A DNA stretch of 59,547 nt, from positions 1 through 59,547 of the forward strand of contig JACPWF010000034.1 of assembly GCA_016197155.1 (NCBI GenBank). Direction: 5' to 3'. The number at the start of each line of letters is the position of its first letter. Within the stretch, counting starts at the first letter, position 1. The stretch comes from Candidatus Omnitrophota bacterium (GTDB lineage: Bacteria; Omnitrophota; Gorgyraeia; 2-02-FULL-51-18). The notes beneath the pieces were generated by a model. That model saw only the letters and a program-made list of their open reading frames with translations. It was not told the DNA's origin and did not search any database. Shown here in pieces: positions 38,312-46,933 of this stretch. A program made the translations under genes and the position numbers.

Positions 38312-40747
38312 ATGATGCTTTATCTCGTAAGCCTGTCTTTCGCCAGCTTGTTTTCTTTGGTTCTCGGAGCCTTCGTTTTCTATAAGAATCCGGCGAGCCG
38401 TGTGAATCGAACGTGGGGGCTTTCCTGTTTGGGTTGTTGCGTTTGGAGTTTGTTTTTTGTATTGATGATCCGCGCCCACACTTACAAAAGCGCGCTTTTA
38501 TTTTCCAAAATCTGTAATTTGTCAGCGGCATATATGATCGTTCTCGTCGCCCATTTTTGCAAAGAAGTCGCGAGCTTCAATACAAAAAAAATGGGGTTGA
38601 TCAAATTGGGATATTTGAACGGCGTTTTATTGACACTCTCGGCATTTACAGACTATTTTTGTTCCGCAAGGCCAATTTTAAATTTTGACTATTTTGTATC
38701 CGCCAGACCCGTCTACCATCTTTTCACGGCTCACTTCTTCTTTTATATTTTTTATTCCGAGTACGTCCTGATTAGAGGGATGGCCTATCTGTCCGAGGAG
38801 CGAAAGAATCAGATCAAATACATCATTGTCGCTCTGACCAGCGGTTATGTTGGCGGCGGTTTGACGTTTCTCCCTGCCTATGGAATCCCGTTTCAGCCTG
38901 TTTCCGTGCATTTTGTGTGGGTATACGCCGCAATCATCTCGTACGCTATTTTGAAGTATCAATTAATGGACATTAAGGTAGTAATCAAAAAGACCCTTTT
39001 TTATTCTTTGCTGGTTTTTTTGGTTTCCGCACTCTATTTTATGGCGGTTTTTATGACTCACAAACTATTGATAAGTCCCTGGGATCTGCAAACTTGTTTG
39101 ATGAATGGTTTAAAGGGAGTGGAAATTTTATCTCAAATGATTACAAAAAATTTGTTTACTCTTACCAGTTTTCTATGCGGTGTGGCGTCTATGGGTCTGG
39201 CCGTCTTTGGACTGATTGTTGGCAGAACGAAGGCCCAAAGACTGTTTATGGTTTTTAACGCGGCGGTTGCCATATGGGGTTTTGGAAATTTCGTTGCAGG
39301 TTCTTCCGAGACTTCTGCTGGGGCTGTTATTGGATGGAGATCCGCTTATATAGGAGGGTTCTTTTTAAGTGCCATTTTTTGTCATTTGACGCAGGTATTT
39401 TTTGAGATCAGAAATAGAAAAATTCTCTTCATTGCGTATCTGCAGGCGATTGTGTTTTCCTCAGCCATGGTCTTTCACCCGCAAAGTCTTGTTTCTCAAA
39501 CCAGGCTGGCTTTTGGCGTGCACTATAACGTGATTACCGGAATGATGGCTACGGCGATAGCGATGTTTTTATTGATAGTAATTATCACCTATAAAAATCT
39601 TTTAGAGTATTTGCAAGTAGCTACAGAAGGTCGCCAGACGCAAGCGAAATATTTTATTTTTGGTTTTGCGTTCGGGTTTATCGGAGGAGCAACAACTTTA
39701 TTACCTCCGTTTGGTATTGATGTCATTTACCCGGCGGGAAATCTGGGTGTTGGTATTTATGCATTTATTTTAGTGTACGCAATGTTTCGGCATCAGATTT
39801 TGGATGTGAGGATTGTAATAAAAAGGACCATTTTTTATTCGCTCACGACGCTGTTTATTTCCATAGCTTATATTTTGGTCATATTTGTACTGCATAAGTT
39901 ATTCCTATTGGAAAATATCATTAAACCCACGGTACCAAACAGCATTATTTTAGTTGTGTTGATAATGGTATTTTTGAAACCGGTAGAAATATTTTTGCAT
40001 AGATTTTTGGATAAGAAATTTTTTAAAGGCACCATTACGGAAATTGCTAAGCAAAAACAGCTTTTGGAAACAGAGCTCGAACGCCGCGAGCGCCTGAAAA
40101 GCGTCGGCATCCTCGCCGCCGGCATGGCGCACGAGATCAAAAATCCCATCACGGCGATCAAGACCTTCGCGGAGTATCTGCCGGCGAAGTACGACGACCC
40201 CGGCTTTCGGGAAAAGTTTTCCAAGATCATCGTCGAGGAATCCGAGCGCGTCTCAAGGATCGTGCAGGACCTTCTTTTATTTTCAAAGCCGTCCGAACCC
40301 CGCCGCTGTCTCTGCGACGTGCACCGGCTTTTGCGCGACACGCTCGACCTTTTGAGCGGGGATATTCTGAAAAATAAAATAACGGTCGTGACCGATTTTG
40401 ATCCCGCCGCCGGGAAAAGCCATGTCGACGCGGGCCAGATGAAGCAGGCGTTTCTCAATCTTCTCATGAACGCGATAGAGGCCATGCCAAACGGCGGCGC
40501 CCTTAAGGTTTCTACTTCTCTGACCGCTGATTTGGGTCTGCTGATCACCGTCTCCGACACGGGCCCCGGCATTTCCTCCGACAAACTCCCGCATCTTTTC
40601 GACCCTTTCTTTACGGACAAGGACGAGGGGACGGGTCTGGGCCTGGCCATCACGCATGCCATCATCGAGAAAAACGGGGGAAAGATCACCGTTCAAAGCG
40701 CATTCGGAAAAGGCGCGTCCTTTCTCATCACGCTTCCTCCGGCCTGA
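38312..40747 (+). CDS. sensor histidine kinase with two tandem 7TM-type membrane modules
   Basis: 811 aa with about 14 TM helices. The junction motif occurs twice (YAILKYQLMDIKVVIKKTLFYS and YAMFRHQILDVRIVIKRTIFYS). H-box AAGMAHEIKNPIT, and HATPase N, G1 and G2 boxes. Confidence 0.85.
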   Translation: MMLYLVSLSFASLFSLVLGAFVFYKNPASRVNRTWGLSCLGCCVWSLFFVLMIRAHTYKSALLFSKICNLSAAYMIVLVAHFCKEVASFNTKKMGLIKLGYLNGVLLTLSAFTDYFCSARPILNFDYFVSARPVYHLFTAHFFFYIFYSEYVLIRGMAYLSEERKNQIKYIIVALTSGYVGGGLTFLPAYGIPFQPVSVHFVWVYAAIISYAILKYQLMDIKVVIKKTLFYSLLVFLVSALYFMAVFMTHKLLISPWDLQTCLMNGLKGVEILSQMITKNLFTLTSFLCGVASMGLAVFGLIVGRTKAQRLFMVFNAAVAIWGFGNFVAGSSETSAGAVIGWRSAYIGGFFLSAIFCHLTQVFFEIRNRKILFIAYLQAIVFSSAMVFHPQSLVSQTRLAFGVHYNVITGMMATAIAMFLLIVIITYKNLLEYLQVATEGRQTQAKYFIFGFAFGFIGGATTLLPPFGIDVIYPAGNLGVGIYAFILVYAMFRHQILDVRIVIKRTIFYSLTTLFISIAYILVIFVLHKLFLLENIIKPTVPNSIILVVLIMVFLKPVEIFLHRFLDKKFFKGTITEIAKQKQLLETELERRERLKSVGILAAGMAHEIKNPITAIKTFAEYLPAKYDDPGFREKFSKIIVEESERVSRIVQDLLLFSKPSEPRRCLCDVHRLLRDTLDLLSGDILKNKITVVTDFDPAAGKSHVDAGQMKQAFLNLLMNAIEAMPNGGALKVSTSLTADLGLLITVSDTGPGISSDKLPHLFDPFFTDKDEGTGLGLAITHAIIEKNGGKITVQSAFGKGASFLITLPPA

Positions 40748-40933
40748 CCTATTTTTGATCCATAGATTTTTCCTATCAGAATTAAGCCCGATTCAGCGAA
40801 GTTTTTCCCGCCGCTTTCAAAAACTTTTAATATTCGCTTAAAGAAGCTAAAAATTATTTCCTTCCGCTCTTGAAAACGGAGAAATCCTGTGCCAAACTTT
40901 TTGGGCAATGGAAAACAGAACCGGGAGAAGCGG

Positions 40934-41176
40934 ATGAAAGTATTTGTGTGCCAAAGGCGCGGGCTCGGAAAACACCTGATCCTGACGTTTGACAAAACCA
41001 TCACGGCCGCCGAGGTGAGAAAAATTTTGGACGGGGAAGACACGGACGCGGCGATCCGGCGGCTCATCGCCCGATCGACCGGCCTGGCCCACGTGCCGGC
41101 CCGGCACGAGAAAAAAATGCGCGCGGCGTCCAAATTCACCGTGAGCGAGAAATATGTGGCGGAAAAACTCGGTTAA
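40934..41176 (+). CDS. 80-aa hypothetical protein (paralog of 34464-34706)
   Basis: GGGAGA Shine-Dalgarno. The protein is MKVFVCQRRGLGKHLILTFDKTITAAEVRKIL...AASKFTVSEKYVAEKLG. Confidence 0.55.
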   Translation: MKVFVCQRRGLGKHLILTFDKTITAAEVRKILDGEDTDAAIRRLIARSTGLAHVPARHEKKMRAASKFTVSEKYVAEKLG

Positions 41177-41230
41177 AAGGGCGGAGCGGGAGGCGTGGGT
41201 GGTCGCCAGAGATCGGGAAGTCTGCCGGAC

Positions 41231-42385
41231 CTAGGGGATGGCCGATCCGATACGGTTCAGCGGCACGACGGACACCCGCTTGTCCAGCGCGTACTCAGTC
41301 TCCCCGGGGTATACCACCCATAAATGGGCCAACTCCAATTCGTCGATCGCGGCCTTCATCGACTGGGTCAAAGTCGGAGCGTCGCCGTATTTCGCTTCGA
41401 CGCCCCACAGCTTGCCGTTTCGCTGGAACACCAGATCCAATTCCCCTCCGGTATGCACGCCCCAGTAGAAAACTTCTTCCTGTCGGAGAGACAAGTGCTG
41501 GATGGCCTGTTCAATTGAGAATCCCTCCCATGAGGCCCCGAGCTTGGGATGAACAAGGAGATCCGCGCGGTTTTGCGCCGAGATCAGCGCATGGAAAAGC
41601 CCGGAATCCCTGAAGTATATTTTGGGCCGTCTGAGGAGTCTTTTTTTTGTGTTGTAAAACCAGGGCTGAAGCTGGCGGATTAAAAAGGTCCCGCAAAGAA
41701 TATCCAGGTAATGCCGCGCGGCCGTCTCCGAGGCGCCGAGACTGCGCGCGATCTCCGAGGCGTTGAAAATTTGGCCGTGGTAGTGGGCCAGCATGATCCA
41801 GAACCGGCGCAGGGTGCCGGCCGGAACGCGGATCCCCAGAGCCGGGACGTCCCTTTCAAGGAAGGTCGTGATGAAATCCTGGCGCCACGCGAACGAGGCC
41901 TGGTCGTTCTTTGACAGGAACGACCGAGGAAACCCGCCGCGGATCCAAAGTTTTTGATCAGATGGTTTGGGGAGGCTGTCCAATGAGAGGCCGCCCAGTT
42001 CGAGATAGGCGATGCGCCCTGCGAGCGACTCCGAACTTTGAGCCAGGAGACTTCCCGACGCGCTGCCGAGGATGAGATACTTGGCTTCCCTGTTTTTGTC
42101 GACAAGCACGCGCAAGATCGGAAAAAGCTCCGGTCTGCGTTGGATCTCATCGATGACGATGAGGCCTTTTAAGGATTCCAAGGCCAACAGGGGATTTTCG
42201 AACTGCGCCAAATCCCGTGGATTTTCAAGGTCAAAACGGTGGATGGGACGGAACCGGCTTTTCCTCGCCCACTGACGGGCCAGCGTGGTCTTCCCGCATT
42301 GCCTGGGCCCGACAATGGCGACAACCGGCGCTTCGCGAAATCGCCGCGCCAAAAACTGAAGTTCCTTTGTCCGCTCGATTTCCAT
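41231..42385 (-). CDS. AAA+ ATPase with C-terminal PD-(D/E)xK-like domain (COG1373/DUF4143 type)
   Basis: Walker A GPRQCGKTT, Walker B LIVIDEIQ, C-terminal ELDLVF...GVEAKY. On the minus strand, TATGCT lies 6 nt before the ATG. Confidence 0.8.
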   Translation of the reverse strand: MEIERTKELQFLARRFREAPVVAIVGPRQCGKTTLARQWARKSRFRPIHRFDLENPRDLAQFENPLLALESLKGLIVIDEIQRRPELFPILRVLVDKNREAKYLILGSASGSLLAQSSESLAGRIAYLELGGLSLDSLPKPSDQKLWIRGGFPRSFLSKNDQASFAWRQDFITTFLERDVPALGIRVPAGTLRRFWIMLAHYHGQIFNASEIARSLGASETAARHYLDILCGTFLIRQLQPWFYNTKKRLLRRPKIYFRDSGLFHALISAQNRADLLVHPKLGASWEGFSIEQAIQHLSLRQEEVFYWGVHTGGELDLVFQRNGKLWGVEAKYGDAPTLTQSMKAAIDELELAHLWVVYPGETEYALDKRVSVVPLNRIGSAIP

Positions 42386-42496
42386 CGAAAAAGCATACCA
42401 TGAAATTTCGATGATAGCAATAGAAATTTCACCCCTTCAAATTTAACTTACCTATTAAATATTCAGGCATAAAATACCCCCTTGGTTAGCCGATAA

Positions 42497-42535
42497 TTTA
42501 TGTAAAATGAATTTTTAATTTGCATTTTACATAAA
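42497..42535. promoter_or_regulatory. perfect 13-bp inverted repeat in the divergent ATPase promoter region
   Basis: TTTATGTAAAATG-13 nt-CATTTTACATAAA, located between the divergent genes 41231-42385 and 42554-43729. Confidence 0.6.
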
Positions 42536-42553
42536 TTGGTGTATACTCCTCCC

Positions 42554-43729
42554 ATGACAAGAAAGTACCTGAAACGCACACTTGAGCTTGAAATAAAAAA
42601 AGCGGCGCGGCAGTTTCCGGTCGTGGTCCTGACGGGGCCGCGCCAAACGGGCAAATCCACGCTCCTCAAGAAGCTGTTTCCGCGGCATCATTATGCGGAG
42701 CTGGATGATCCGCTGACCCGGCAGGCCATAAAAAGGGATCCGCAGCTTTTTCTTGAAAATCACGCACCCCCTTTGGTTCTTGACGAAATTCAGGAGTCGC
42801 CGAAGATACTGCCCTATATCAAAATGTGGGTTGACGCCAACCGGTCCAAAAACGGCCAGTTTATCCTGACCGGGTCGCAGGTATTTCCGGTGATGGCGGG
42901 CATTACCGAGTCGCTGGCCGGCCGGGCGGCGCTGTTTGAGCTTTTGGGATTTTCCTGGGAAGAACTTGGGAAGAAGTCCGATTCTTTCAAGGCCTGCTTT
43001 CATCAGATTTTTAAAGGCTTCTATCCCGATCCGGCCGTGCACGGCGTACAACCCGGCAATTACTACAGCGCTTATCTTAAAACTTATCTTGAGAGGGACA
43101 TCCGGCAAATCAAGTCCGTTCACGACCTCACGGTTTTTCATAATTTTCTTGAACTCGTAGCTTCCCGCGTGGGTTCGCTTTTGAATTTGAACGAGATCTC
43201 GAAAGAAAGCGGCATCAGCCACACCACGGCCCGGCAATGGCTGTCGCTTCTGGAAAGCACGCGCATCATTTATCTTTTACGGCCCTATTTCAGAAATATT
43301 TCCAAACGGGTGGTCAAAAGTCCCAAGATTTATTTCACGGACACAGGCCTTCTTTCGTATCTTCTTAAATTTGGCGGTCCGGAGGCTGTGGCGGCGGGTC
43401 CCATGGGCGGCGCTTTTTTTGAAAACATGGTGGTTGTCGAGCTTCTTAAGGAAAAATTTCATAGAAATAAAAGGGGGGAGCTTTATTTTTACAGGGACTC
43501 CAATCATAACGAAGTGGATGTTCTCATCGACGAGGGCATGAATAAAACGCTCATCGAAATTAAAATGGCTAAAACACTGCGTCCGGAGCATGCGGATTTT
43601 TTAAGCCGGTTCCAGAAGAAAATCCCTCATTCTTCCGCGTATCTGGTCAGCCTCTGCGGAGACCGCACCCGTCTTTTTAAAAATGTCTGGGCCATCCCCT
43701 GGTCCGATGCTCATGAGCTGTTGCATTGA
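42554..43729 (+). CDS. AAA+ ATPase with C-terminal PD-(D/E)xK-like domain (COG1373/DUF4143 type)
   Basis: Walker A GPRQTGKST, Walker B LVLDEIQ, C-terminal EVDVLI...LIEIKM. The start is taken at ATG 42554, 6 nt after TATACT (the ORF track gives TTG 42536). Confidence 0.8.
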   Translation: MTRKYLKRTLELEIKKAARQFPVVVLTGPRQTGKSTLLKKLFPRHHYAELDDPLTRQAIKRDPQLFLENHAPPLVLDEIQESPKILPYIKMWVDANRSKNGQFILTGSQVFPVMAGITESLAGRAALFELLGFSWEELGKKSDSFKACFHQIFKGFYPDPAVHGVQPGNYYSAYLKTYLERDIRQIKSVHDLTVFHNFLELVASRVGSLLNLNEISKESGISHTTARQWLSLLESTRIIYLLRPYFRNISKRVVKSPKIYFTDTGLLSYLLKFGGPEAVAAGPMGGAFFENMVVVELLKEKFHRNKRGELYFYRDSNHNEVDVLIDEGMNKTLIEIKMAKTLRPEHADFLSRFQKKIPHSSAYLVSLCGDRTRLFKNVWAIPWSDAHELLH

Positions 43730-44005
43730 TGGTTAAAAAAGCGCGGAGAGAAGCGTGGGTCGTCGCGAAGAGGCCCGGGGGCTCGAGGGGCCTACAAGAT
43801 ATGGTGGGCCAAGCGGCGCTCATTGCCATATACATGATTTGTTAGAACTGTTAAGTTTTCATCAAAAAACATTGACAGAGAATAAAGAATTAAGCTAGAC
43901 TCCTTCCTACGGGCAGACCCAAAAAAGAAGCCATTCAATAAGACCAAACGGAACATAAAGCGGGATAAAAGAACATAAGATTTTTTGTCCTAATCGGCGG
44001 TAAAA

Positions 44006-44257
44006 ATGAAGGTGATGGAAATGCAAATGAAAGAGGTTCATTCGAAGAACGGCGACAAGGTTTACACCGTGCCGGAGCTGGCGCGGTACCTGCGCATGCA
44101 GCCGCTCACGATTTACAAGCACGCCTCGAGCGGCAAACTGCCGGGTTTTAAGATCGGCTCCCACTGGCGTTTCAAGAAAAAAACCATCGACCGGTGGATT
44201 CACGAGCAGGAGCGGTCGCGCACTAAGACAAACGGAAATATTTTAACAAACCCATGA
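44006..44257 (+). CDS. excisionase-family helix-turn-helix DNA-binding protein
   Basis: YTVPELARYLRMQPLTIYKHASSGKLPGFKIGSHWRFKKKTIDRWI is the MerR/excisionase-type HTH pattern. The start is ambiguous among four in-frame ATGs. Confidence 0.7.
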   Translation: MKVMEMQMKEVHSKNGDKVYTVPELARYLRMQPLTIYKHASSGKLPGFKIGSHWRFKKKTIDRWIHEQERSRTKTNGNILTNP

Positions 44258-44301
44258 CCCGAGCGGGGAGGGTGGGTTTTTTGGTTTAGAAGGGTCGTTT
44301 A

Positions 44302-44358
44302 GTGTTTCATGATTTGTCTGGCAAGGTGGCCGTGGTAACAGGGGGATCCAAAATTTGA
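44302..44358 (+). pseudogene. 18-codon remnant of a short-chain dehydrogenase N-terminus
   Basis: VFHDLSGKVAVVTGGSKI*: the SDR Rossmann motif GKVAVVTGGS is cut off exactly where GC content drops. Confidence 0.5.
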
Positions 44359-44388
44359 AAAACCGGTTTTTATGAACATAACAACGTA

Positions 44389-45351
44389 ATGAATTACGAA
44401 AATAAGATATTACCTAGCTATCTTATAGAACCTTTGTTTGGAACTAGCAGAGACGGCAGTTCTCCATATGTCCCGACACTTGGAGAAGTAATAGTTGAGT
44501 GGTTAGACGCTATTAATTTTATTAAATATCCAACTCGCTGTTTGGCAGCTCTGAGCTTACTTTTTCATGGAATGACTTTTATATTATTAATAGTATATTT
44601 CGCAAAATTTATTTCAAAACCTAGCCTTATCTTCATGATAGCATCAATTTATTTCCTCGGAAATATTTATAATACGGTTTGGTATCATCGCTATTGTTCC
44701 CATGCGGCATATTCTTTTAAAAGAGCATGGTGCCCACAATTCTTTCTGTGGACGAACCCATTCTTTTTTAGAGAAGAGAGTTATGCCATACCTCATTTTA
44801 TCCATCATCAAAGAACCGAGAAACCCGGAGACCCGTATGGCCCACATTTGGGGTGGCTGGGTAGTTATTTAGCCTCAGAATCACAACAAAAAATGAATAC
44901 GAATATTACCAGAGATCAATACGATCTTTTAAAGGCTAAGGTAAAGCATATTGGCATAATACTTAATTCTTACCCTGAGTTCAAAAGGACTGGATCAGTA
45001 GAAAAAGTAGCGTTTTTTATTTTAAGAAGTATCTTTGCGCAGGTGCTCTATGTGTTAGTTTTTTACGCTCTTGGCGGAATCCCTTTCGTGCTTGCCTGGT
45101 ATGCAGCTGTCTTTATTATTTTCTTTCTGATTCGCGATTTCAATTGGCGTGGTCACGGAGGAAATTTCCGTAAAAAAAAGAAAGCGGGATGGGAATTCGA
45201 CACCAATAGTTATGCATTAAATCAACATTTTTATGGATATCTTGCATCAGAATGGCATGACAATCATCATAGATATCCAGCATCAGCCAATAATGGATTT
45301 TTGCCTGGCCAGACAGATGTTGCTTTTGCTTTTATAAAACTCTTGCACTGA
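44389..45351 (+). CDS. membrane fatty-acid desaturase (delta-9 acyl-CoA/acyl-lipid desaturase family, divergent)
   Basis: Three His boxes sit in the canonical order and spacing: HRYCSH, HFIHHQRTEKPGDP, EWHDNHHRYP. TM hairpins are present. The gene is AT-rich. Confidence 0.8.
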   Translation: MNYENKILPSYLIEPLFGTSRDGSSPYVPTLGEVIVEWLDAINFIKYPTRCLAALSLLFHGMTFILLIVYFAKFISKPSLIFMIASIYFLGNIYNTVWYHRYCSHAAYSFKRAWCPQFFLWTNPFFFREESYAIPHFIHHQRTEKPGDPYGPHLGWLGSYLASESQQKMNTNITRDQYDLLKAKVKHIGIILNSYPEFKRTGSVEKVAFFILRSIFAQVLYVLVFYALGGIPFVLAWYAAVFIIFFLIRDFNWRGHGGNFRKKKKAGWEFDTNSYALNQHFYGYLASEWHDNHHRYPASANNGFLPGQTDVAFAFIKLLH

Positions 45352-45534
45352 GTGGGGTTAGTTGAATCTATCATAGACGCCAAGCCTAAGTTTTGCATGG
45401 ATAGAAATTAAGTACGTTTAATCCGGAGAATAGTTATTCAGCTAAAATGGTAATAATACTGAAAATTCAGTTTTTGTGTAGGTTATGAGTCTAAGCCAAC
45501 TTTCTTGGCAGGCGTATTTATGGGCGGGGTTTTT

Positions 45535-46911
45535 ATGAAGGAGGATAGCGACGTGTTGGGATCTATAGATAGGCGGTCGGCCCCAAGGATTAGTTACCAT
45601 TCAAATATTAATGTTTGTAAGGATGTCCATGGCAACCTGCTTAATATATCGCCAAATGGATTAGCTTTTGTTACAAAAAATAGGCTCACGAAAGGCTTAA
45701 AAATAACTGTTGAAATTTCTCTTCCGCCAAGGAAACTAAATCTTGATTTGGAAATTAAATGGTGCAAGGAAAGCATCGATGAAAATTTCATTTGCGGAGC
45801 CGTGCTAGTTGCTTCAGAGGCAGAGATAAATCTTATACGAAAAGTTATGGTTATAACTGAGTTTCGAAGTGTGTTACGCAAGGTTAAAAATAAAGATCAT
45901 CGAAAATATATTTGTCGATTTGCCAAACACATCAAATTTTATATATCCGGACTTTTTGATTTAATAACAAACGTAGAGTCAAAAAATATATCGGAGAAAG
46001 ATATTCTGGGCAGGCTCGCTGAGCTTACCAATTCAATAGTTGTGGAAGGGGATCATCTGAGCAATCAGCTGTCAGATAGGCTTTTGATGAGTGCAATTAA
46101 AAAAGAATTTAGAATTTTGGTAAGCCCATGGGCATATAAGAGTTTGATTGTTAAAAGAAGTTATGACAAACCGCGCGGCTATCCCGGTGATTATAGGGTT
46201 ATGGAAGCGATTTATAACAAAAATATTATTTCGCCTAAAGCAGATAACCTCGGAAGATATTTTGATGAATATTTTCTGAACAATCCCTATGCGGAGGCGG
46301 TTCGAAATAGGAAGGATGTTTTAAGAGAGTATTTACGGACATTTATCTCTTCTAGAACGAATGTGCGAATATTGAATATAGCATGTGGTTCATGTCGCGA
46401 GGTTCGTGAACTTTTGTCCGATATTAATATGGTAACTAGCCTTGTGGGTAAAAAAGTGCTTATTTCCTGTCTCGATTGGGACGATGAGGCATTGGAATTT
46501 TCCAAGGCGGAACTTTGTAAAATAAACGCTTCTTCGGTTGAGTTAGAGTTCGTGAAGGAAGATATTTTTCAGATCTTTAAAAACAGGGATTTTTTTCAGA
46601 AACATGGTAAGTACGATTTGATATACAGTATTGGTTTAGCGGATTATTTGCCAGATCGTGTAATCAAAAAAATTGTAGAGAGCTCCTTTAACAACTTAAA
46701 TGTTAAAGGTACGCTTCTTTTAGCGCACAAAGATAAAGAAATCCGTTTTTCTCGTCTACCTCCGGAATGGTTTTGTGACTGGGAGTTCATTCTGAGAAAT
46801 CAAGAGGAGTTTATCAAGTTGGTTGCATCCGCGACTCGCGAAGCTTTTGACCTCTCTATTCAAAGGGATGCCACAGGGGACGTTTTTTTTACGGAAATAA
46901 TGAGATGCTAG
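45535..46911 (+). CDS. PilZ domain fused to class I SAM-dependent methyltransferase (PhcB-like?)
   Basis: PilZ motifs RRSAPR and NISPNGLAF. Methyltransferase motif I is ILNIACGSCRE, the acidic post-I motif is CLDWDDEA, and motif II is DLIYSIGLADYLPD. Upstream of these is KPRGYPGDYRVMEAIY. The start is uncertain: TTG 45505, ATG 45535, or GTG 45553 (preceded by AGGAGG). Confidence 0.75.
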   Translation: MKEDSDVLGSIDRRSAPRISYHSNINVCKDVHGNLLNISPNGLAFVTKNRLTKGLKITVEISLPPRKLNLDLEIKWCKESIDENFICGAVLVASEAEINLIRKVMVITEFRSVLRKVKNKDHRKYICRFAKHIKFYISGLFDLITNVESKNISEKDILGRLAELTNSIVVEGDHLSNQLSDRLLMSAIKKEFRILVSPWAYKSLIVKRSYDKPRGYPGDYRVMEAIYNKNIISPKADNLGRYFDEYFLNNPYAEAVRNRKDVLREYLRTFISSRTNVRILNIACGSCREVRELLSDINMVTSLVGKKVLISCLDWDDEALEFSKAELCKINASSVELEFVKEDIFQIFKNRDFFQKHGKYDLIYSIGLADYLPDRVIKKIVESSFNNLNVKGTLLLAHKDKEIRFSRLPPEWFCDWEFILRNQEEFIKLVASATREAFDLSIQRDATGDVFFTEIMRC

Positions 46912-46933
46912 ACCGTTTGAGATATTTTTTCCA

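Noticed and set aside
38298-38315. Mini-ORF MGKTQ* overlapping the start of kinase 38312.
   Set aside because: At five codons with no Shine-Dalgarno it is most likely fortuitous. It cannot be supported from sequence alone.
45440-45480. ACTGAAAATTCAGT palindrome followed by TTTTTG, as a possible terminator after the desaturase gene.
   Set aside because: The stem is 5-6 bp and AT-only with a minimal loop, which is marginal stability. It also lies about 100 nt downstream of the stop in AT-rich DNA, where such dyads arise by chance.
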